A stretch of 64,000 nt of DNA from an uncultured Alphaproteobacteria bacterium (GTDB lineage: Bacteria > Pseudomonadota > Alphaproteobacteria > SHVP01): the NCBI GenBank assembly GCA_964350495.1, contig CAYGKG010000005.1, positions 25 to 64,024 on the forward strand, written 5' to 3'. Positions 59,832-64,000 of the stretch are shown here, in pieces; positions within the stretch are counted from its first letter, which is position 1, and each line of letters begins with the position of its first letter. Both the position numbers and the translations under genes were made by a program. The notes under the pieces are model-generated. The model had not been told where the DNA came from and made no database searches. It saw nothing but the letters and a program-made list of their open reading frames with translations.

Positions 59832-62273
59832 TCATCCCATAGCCCCCCGATCCATGATCGGCAGGCGGAGGCAAAACCGTGCGCCCCCTTGGCTACGCGC
59901 CTCGTAACCCAAGACCCCGCCGTGATGTTCGACCAACGAGCGACAGATGCTGAGCCCCAAACCGGTCCCGCCGCGCGGCCGCGAATCGGAGGCCTCGACC
60001 TGAACGAATTTTTCAAAGATCTTATCGCGGAATTCCGGCGGAACCCCCGGCCCTTCATCGGAGACGGTGATCACGACGGACCCGCCGTCGCGCGTGTAGG
60101 CCATCTCGACCCGGCCGTTCCGCGGCGAAAACTTGATCGCGTTGGACAAGAGATTGGTCATGACCTGCATCAACTGATCGGGATCGCCCTCGACCGAAAG
60201 CGGGAGACCGTCACCGATCACCCCGATCGCGACCCCGCTTTTCTCGGCCACACCTTGATTCGCACTCGATGCGGTCGTCAGCAAGGTGTGGACGTCAACC
60301 TCGACACGCCGTCCGCCCAACCGCCCCGATTCGATCTTCTGAATATCCAGGATGTCGCCGATCAACCGAACCAGTCGCTCCGCATTGTTGTTGGCAATGT
60401 CGATCAGTTCCCGGATCTTCGGCGGGACGTGCCCCGCCATGCCCGACGCGATAAGACCGAGTGCGCCGCTGATCGACGTAAGGGGCGTTCGTAGCTCATG
60501 GCTCACGGTCGACACGAACTCGTCCTTAAGCCGCGTCATCGTTTCGCGCTCGGTGACATCGATCACCGAGACCTGAAGCGCCGGGGCCCCATCCCATTCA
60601 ATAACGCCAATACGACTCTCAACAAAAAAGTGCTCGCCGTCGCGCCGCAGCGCCGATTGTACTTTCGTTACCGGCGGAAGCGCTCGATCTACATGCTCTC
60701 GCGCTCGCTGGGCGATATCTTGCCATTGATCTTCAGGAAACAGACGCAGCAACGAATCCAGCGCCAAGACCGCATCGACATCCTCAAATCCGTAGATGTC
60801 GGCAAAGGCCTGGTTCGCGAAAACCGGTCTCAGGTCTCGTTGGATGCAGACGCCTTGCAGCGACCCTTCGACCAAACTACGAAATTTGGCTTCGCTCTCG
60901 CGCAGCGCCGCCTCGGCCCGCTTGATATCAGTGATATCGGTGAACACGACCATCGTATGGCCGTTTTGCAAGCGCGTCTCGCGCACGGCCATCCATCTGC
61001 CCGCGCGACGGTATTCGAACGGTTCGCCGGGGTTGCGATGCCGCTCAAGACGGTCGCGAATGAATTCTTCTTCGCGCCCGATCGCGTCTGGAAACAAGCC
61101 GACGGCGACGCTTTCGCGTAGCAAGTCTTCAAACCGCGCGCCGGGTTTAGCAAGGTGCGACAACGAGCCGAAATCGCGCGCTAGGTTGTTGCGGGTGATC
61201 AGGCGGTCATTCTCGTCGTAGAGCGCGAGGCCAACCGCAACGTGCTCGATCGCTTCGTAGAGCTGCGTTTGCCGGAGGTGCAGCAGCTTCTCCCGTTCCA
61301 CCGAGGCGGTTTCGACTGTGGTCGTCCCGCGATAACCGGCGAACGTGCCATCTTCATCAAATACCGGCCGACCGTTCAGTCGGTAGTGCTGGACCTGCGT
61401 ATCGCCGCCGCCCATCGTGTAGCGAAAATCGCGGAACGGTCGTCTTGCCTTGAGGGTCGCAATGTGGTCGGCCCAAAGGGGATCGGCCTCGGGGTTTTCG
61501 ACGCCCGCGATTTCCCACCGCGTCTTACCGATGGGCGAGATGAAGGAGTCGATGTGGGGGCGGTCGACCTGGTCGAGGGCGCCGTGATAGGTGCAGAGGA
61601 AATTCTCATCGGTCTCCCACAGCCAGTCCGACGCAGACTCCGCATAGTCCCGGAAACGTTGCTCGCTGTGCTCCAAAGCCGACTGAACGCGCTTTTGGTC
61701 CGTGATGTCGGTGTAGAAAATAACGGTGCCGACGCCTTCGACGACGTGTTCGGCGACCTGGACCCAGTGTTGCCCGGCCTTGAACTCGAAGGGGGGCCCT
61801 GGGTTGCGGTGCCGCGCGACCCGTTGCGCAACATATTCCTCTTCCCGATCGGGTTCGACCGGCAATATGCCCGCGCGTGCGGCACTACGCACGATGTCTT
61901 CAAATTTGGTGCCTAGGACATAGGCCGACGCATTGTTCTCGGCAATCTCCAATGTCTTTCGATTGAACCGGACCAATCGGTCGTCCAGATCGAAGAGCGA
62001 AACGCCAACTGGCATATCTTCGAGGAAATCGAATGCCTGCTCGCCTGAAATCGTCTGGAGCAGATGCAACGCGACGCTGGTTGGTCCAACGCTCTCTGCG
62101 GCCATATCGCGCCGCTGCGAAGGTCTCTTCCCGGCCGATCTTGTCGACGTCATCGCTAATTCCCTGCCGAACGCCCATTCCCCTACGTAGAAGCGGCGAT
62201 CCAAGCCCCTGACCGGATATTCGCCGCGGTCGATGAAGGGCTCCCACCCGAAAATACTTAGGGGGGTCAACAC
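59832..62273 (-). CDS. Multi-PAS sensor histidine kinase (canonical SHELRTPL H-box, HATPase_c)
   Basis: Several PAS modules, HisKA and CA domains. Confidence 0.85.
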   Translation of the reverse strand: MLTPLSIFGWEPFIDRGEYPVRGLDRRFYVGEWAFGRELAMTSTRSAGKRPSQRRDMAAESVGPTSVALHLLQTISGEQAFDFLEDMPVGVSLFDLDDRLVRFNRKTLEIAENNASAYVLGTKFEDIVRSAARAGILPVEPDREEEYVAQRVARHRNPGPPFEFKAGQHWVQVAEHVVEGVGTVIFYTDITDQKRVQSALEHSEQRFRDYAESASDWLWETDENFLCTYHGALDQVDRPHIDSFISPIGKTRWEIAGVENPEADPLWADHIATLKARRPFRDFRYTMGGGDTQVQHYRLNGRPVFDEDGTFAGYRGTTTVETASVEREKLLHLRQTQLYEAIEHVAVGLALYDENDRLITRNNLARDFGSLSHLAKPGARFEDLLRESVAVGLFPDAIGREEEFIRDRLERHRNPGEPFEYRRAGRWMAVRETRLQNGHTMVVFTDITDIKRAEAALRESEAKFRSLVEGSLQGVCIQRDLRPVFANQAFADIYGFEDVDAVLALDSLLRLFPEDQWQDIAQRAREHVDRALPPVTKVQSALRRDGEHFFVESRIGVIEWDGAPALQVSVIDVTERETMTRLKDEFVSTVSHELRTPLTSISGALGLIASGMAGHVPPKIRELIDIANNNAERLVRLIGDILDIQKIESGRLGGRRVEVDVHTLLTTASSANQGVAEKSGVAIGVIGDGLPLSVEGDPDQLMQVMTNLLSNAIKFSPRNGRVEMAYTRDGGSVVITVSDEGPGVPPEFRDKIFEKFVQVEASDSRPRGGTGLGLSICRSLVEHHGGVLGYEARSQGGARFCLRLPIMDRGAMG

Positions 62274-62480
62274 GTTGTAGGTTTATTCTAACATTGTCTG
62301 TAGGGTCGTGGATAGCCTTCGCCGGTGGTTGGCCGGTCCGCCCAACAACCGTGATCGCGCAATCTATCCCGGCATTCCTCGGTGCAATGCGCTACGAGAA
62401 CGGGCGACGGGGAGTTCACCGCGGCAGGTCAGTGCGGACCGCGTCGACGACCACCGGTCAGCGAAAAAGGGAAGAGAGTT

Positions 62481-62879
62481 ATGGCCGAGTTCAAAAAAAC
62501 CAAACTAGCCAAGGGGACCGTGTTGTTCCGCGAAGGGGACAAGGGCGAGGAGGCATATTTGATCATTTCAGGACAGATTCAGTTGCGAAAGAACGTTCTG
62601 TCCGAATACCCCCAAACGGTCGCGACCGTTGGGTCGGGCGATGTCGTTGGCGAGATGGCGTTGTTCGACAATCGGCCACGCCTCGCTGAGGCCATGGTCT
62701 CGGAGGATGTCGAGGTCTTTGTCATCCCGCGCGATCAGTTCAGCGAGCGGCTCGCGGGCATGAACCCGGTGATGCGCCGCATTCTCCAAATCATGGTGCA
62801 GCGGGTGCGTAAGATGACGGACGAGTTCTTGCAACGCAAACAAACCGCCAAATGGGGCGAGAACTGGAAAAAGAAGTGA
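62481..62879 (+). CDS. Cyclic-nucleotide-binding domain protein (stand-alone cNMP-binding, about 132 aa)
   Basis: GDVVGEMALF...RLA cNMP phosphate-binding cassette. Confidence 0.7.
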   Translation: MAEFKKTKLAKGTVLFREGDKGEEAYLIISGQIQLRKNVLSEYPQTVATVGSGDVVGEMALFDNRPRLAEAMVSEDVEVFVIPRDQFSERLAGMNPVMRRILQIMVQRVRKMTDEFLQRKQTAKWGENWKKK

Positions 62880-63844
62880 CCCCATCCCGTTGGCGCCGGG
62901 CCGCGATCGTTTCCCTCGCGATCGCCTTCATGGCGATGGCGCCACGCGCCGAAGCGCAGGAGACGACACGCCCGCCCCCCTTGGTCGATGAAATGTGGTT
63001 GGCCAAGAGCGCCAGAAACCCCGATGTGCTCCTCCTCGACCTACGCCCCCAAACCGCCTACGACCGTGGCCGCCTGACCGGCGCGGTCTTTGCCAACTAT
63101 CCCGAGCGCTGGCGCCCGGTTGGGTCCAATGGCCGTCGCGGATTTCTGCGCCGCGAGGCGTTCGCTGGATTGGCCAGCGAGTTGGGTATTGCCAACACAA
63201 CTCATGTCATCCTAATCCACGCAGGTAGGACCGCCTTCGACGCAGCCGGAGCGACCGATCTCTTCTTGAGTTTTCAGTTGAACGGACATCGCCGCGTATC
63301 GATTCTCAATGCCCCCTTGAATGCCGCGGCCGGCGCAGGTCTCGCCATCGACCAAGGACCGGCCGCCGCGCGCCCTCGGCAATCGTTCGACGCGGTCGCG
63401 ACGACCGGATTCCTGGCGGGCGGCCGCAAGGCCGTCCGCGACGCCATCGGGAAAACCCCCCTCGTCGATATGCGACGCGATACGCAGTACCTAGGTCTGG
63501 ATCGGCCCGAGGACATCGGCGCGCCCGGTACGATTCCGACGGCGAGGAACCTACCGGGCCGCTGGGTTTTCGACGAAACGACGGGACGCTTCCGCGACCT
63601 CGAGACCCTTCGCCAAGTGTTCGCCTTTTCCCGCATTCCCCTGGAGACGCGGGTGATTTTCTTCGGCAACAACAGCGCCCTCGGCGCCCTCGGCTGGTTC
63701 GCCGCGCGCGAACTGCTGGGCAACCAAGAGGCGCGGGTCTATGCCGGCGGCATGGGCGACTGGATGCTCGGAACCCCGGAGGAAAATCCGCGCATCGTAC
63801 GCTACCTCCAGACGCTCGACGTTGCTCCGGTGCGTCGGCCCTAG
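62852..63844 (+). CDS. Secreted tandem-rhodanese sulfurtransferase
   Basis: Signal peptide; two rhodanese-like modules. Confidence 0.6.
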   Translation: MGRELEKEVTPSRWRRAAIVSLAIAFMAMAPRAEAQETTRPPPLVDEMWLAKSARNPDVLLLDLRPQTAYDRGRLTGAVFANYPERWRPVGSNGRRGFLRREAFAGLASELGIANTTHVILIHAGRTAFDAAGATDLFLSFQLNGHRRVSILNAPLNAAAGAGLAIDQGPAAARPRQSFDAVATTGFLAGGRKAVRDAIGKTPLVDMRRDTQYLGLDRPEDIGAPGTIPTARNLPGRWVFDETTGRFRDLETLRQVFAFSRIPLETRVIFFGNNSALGALGWFAARELLGNQEARVYAGGMGDWMLGTPEENPRIVRYLQTLDVAPVRRP

Positions 63845-64000
63845 CCCAGCGACCCGACCGCTTCGCCCTTCAAGAACCCGATTACGGCGGCGCAGTTCTC
63901 CTCGGGGGCTTCCAACAAGGTGCTATGCGCCGCCCCCTTGATGACGTAACGCCGCGCGCCTGCCACCGCGCGGGCGAGATGATCTTGGCCAGCCCCGTCC
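63841..64000 (-). CDS. C-terminal fragment of an alpha/beta-hydrolase-like protein (continues beyond window)
   Basis: Minus-strand frame gives ...IKGAAHSTLLEAPEENCAAVIGFLKGEAVGSLG*. Confidence 0.4.
   Translation of the reverse strand, partial: DGAGQDHLARAVAGARRYVIKGAAHSTLLEAPEENCAAVIGFLKGEAVGSLG

Noticed and set aside
1-64000. CRISPR arrays, IS elements, integrases, phage genes, tRNA/rRNA
   Set aside because: No direct-repeat arrays, transposase or integrase motifs, or tRNA-like cloverleaf regions were recognised. All long intergenic regions are explained by promoters or terminators

Overview
High-GC (~65%) alphaproteobacterial chromosomal window. The first ~31 kb is a Caulobacter-style flagellar supercluster. 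It contains a class II export operon (CtrA box, FlhB-C-domain homolog, orf, fliO, fliP); a fliL-fliM operon extended by three periplasmic/membrane accessory genes (small TM protein, MotE-like, 1170-aa AMIN-like+TPR protein); divergent flgF-flgG-flgA-flgH; a DksA-like gene with a histone-H1-like N-terminal extension; and divergent fliX / flgI-cheL-like-orf. It also contains a flagellin island with three ~272-aa Ser/Thr-rich flagellins, two FlbT/FlaF pairs, flaG, and three sigma54 promoters. A TPR+GT41 (FlmG/OGT-like) putative flagellin glycosyltransferase is convergent with a 6-kb minus-strand operon of sugar-modifying enzymes: 2OG-Fe(II) oxygenase, small LIC12192-like protein, two methyltransferases, NAD epimerase/reductase, unknown protein and a tandem double CN-hydrolase. 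The remaining ~32 kb is housekeeping: scpAB, M50 protease, uvrA, pirin, trmFO, YciI-like/ECF sigma pair, nagZ, SPOR protein, argS, dgt, erpA, xth, ilvD, a PAS histidine kinase and rhodanese. No CRISPR, IS elements, integrases or tRNAs were recognised. The leading candidate for a novel system is the flagellar glycosylation/modification island, and the second is the periplasmic TPR scaffold gene set in the fliLM operon. The supplied ORF track uses alternative start codons, so many N-termini are over-extended; I re-derived starts where ATG, RBS and gene overlaps allowed.
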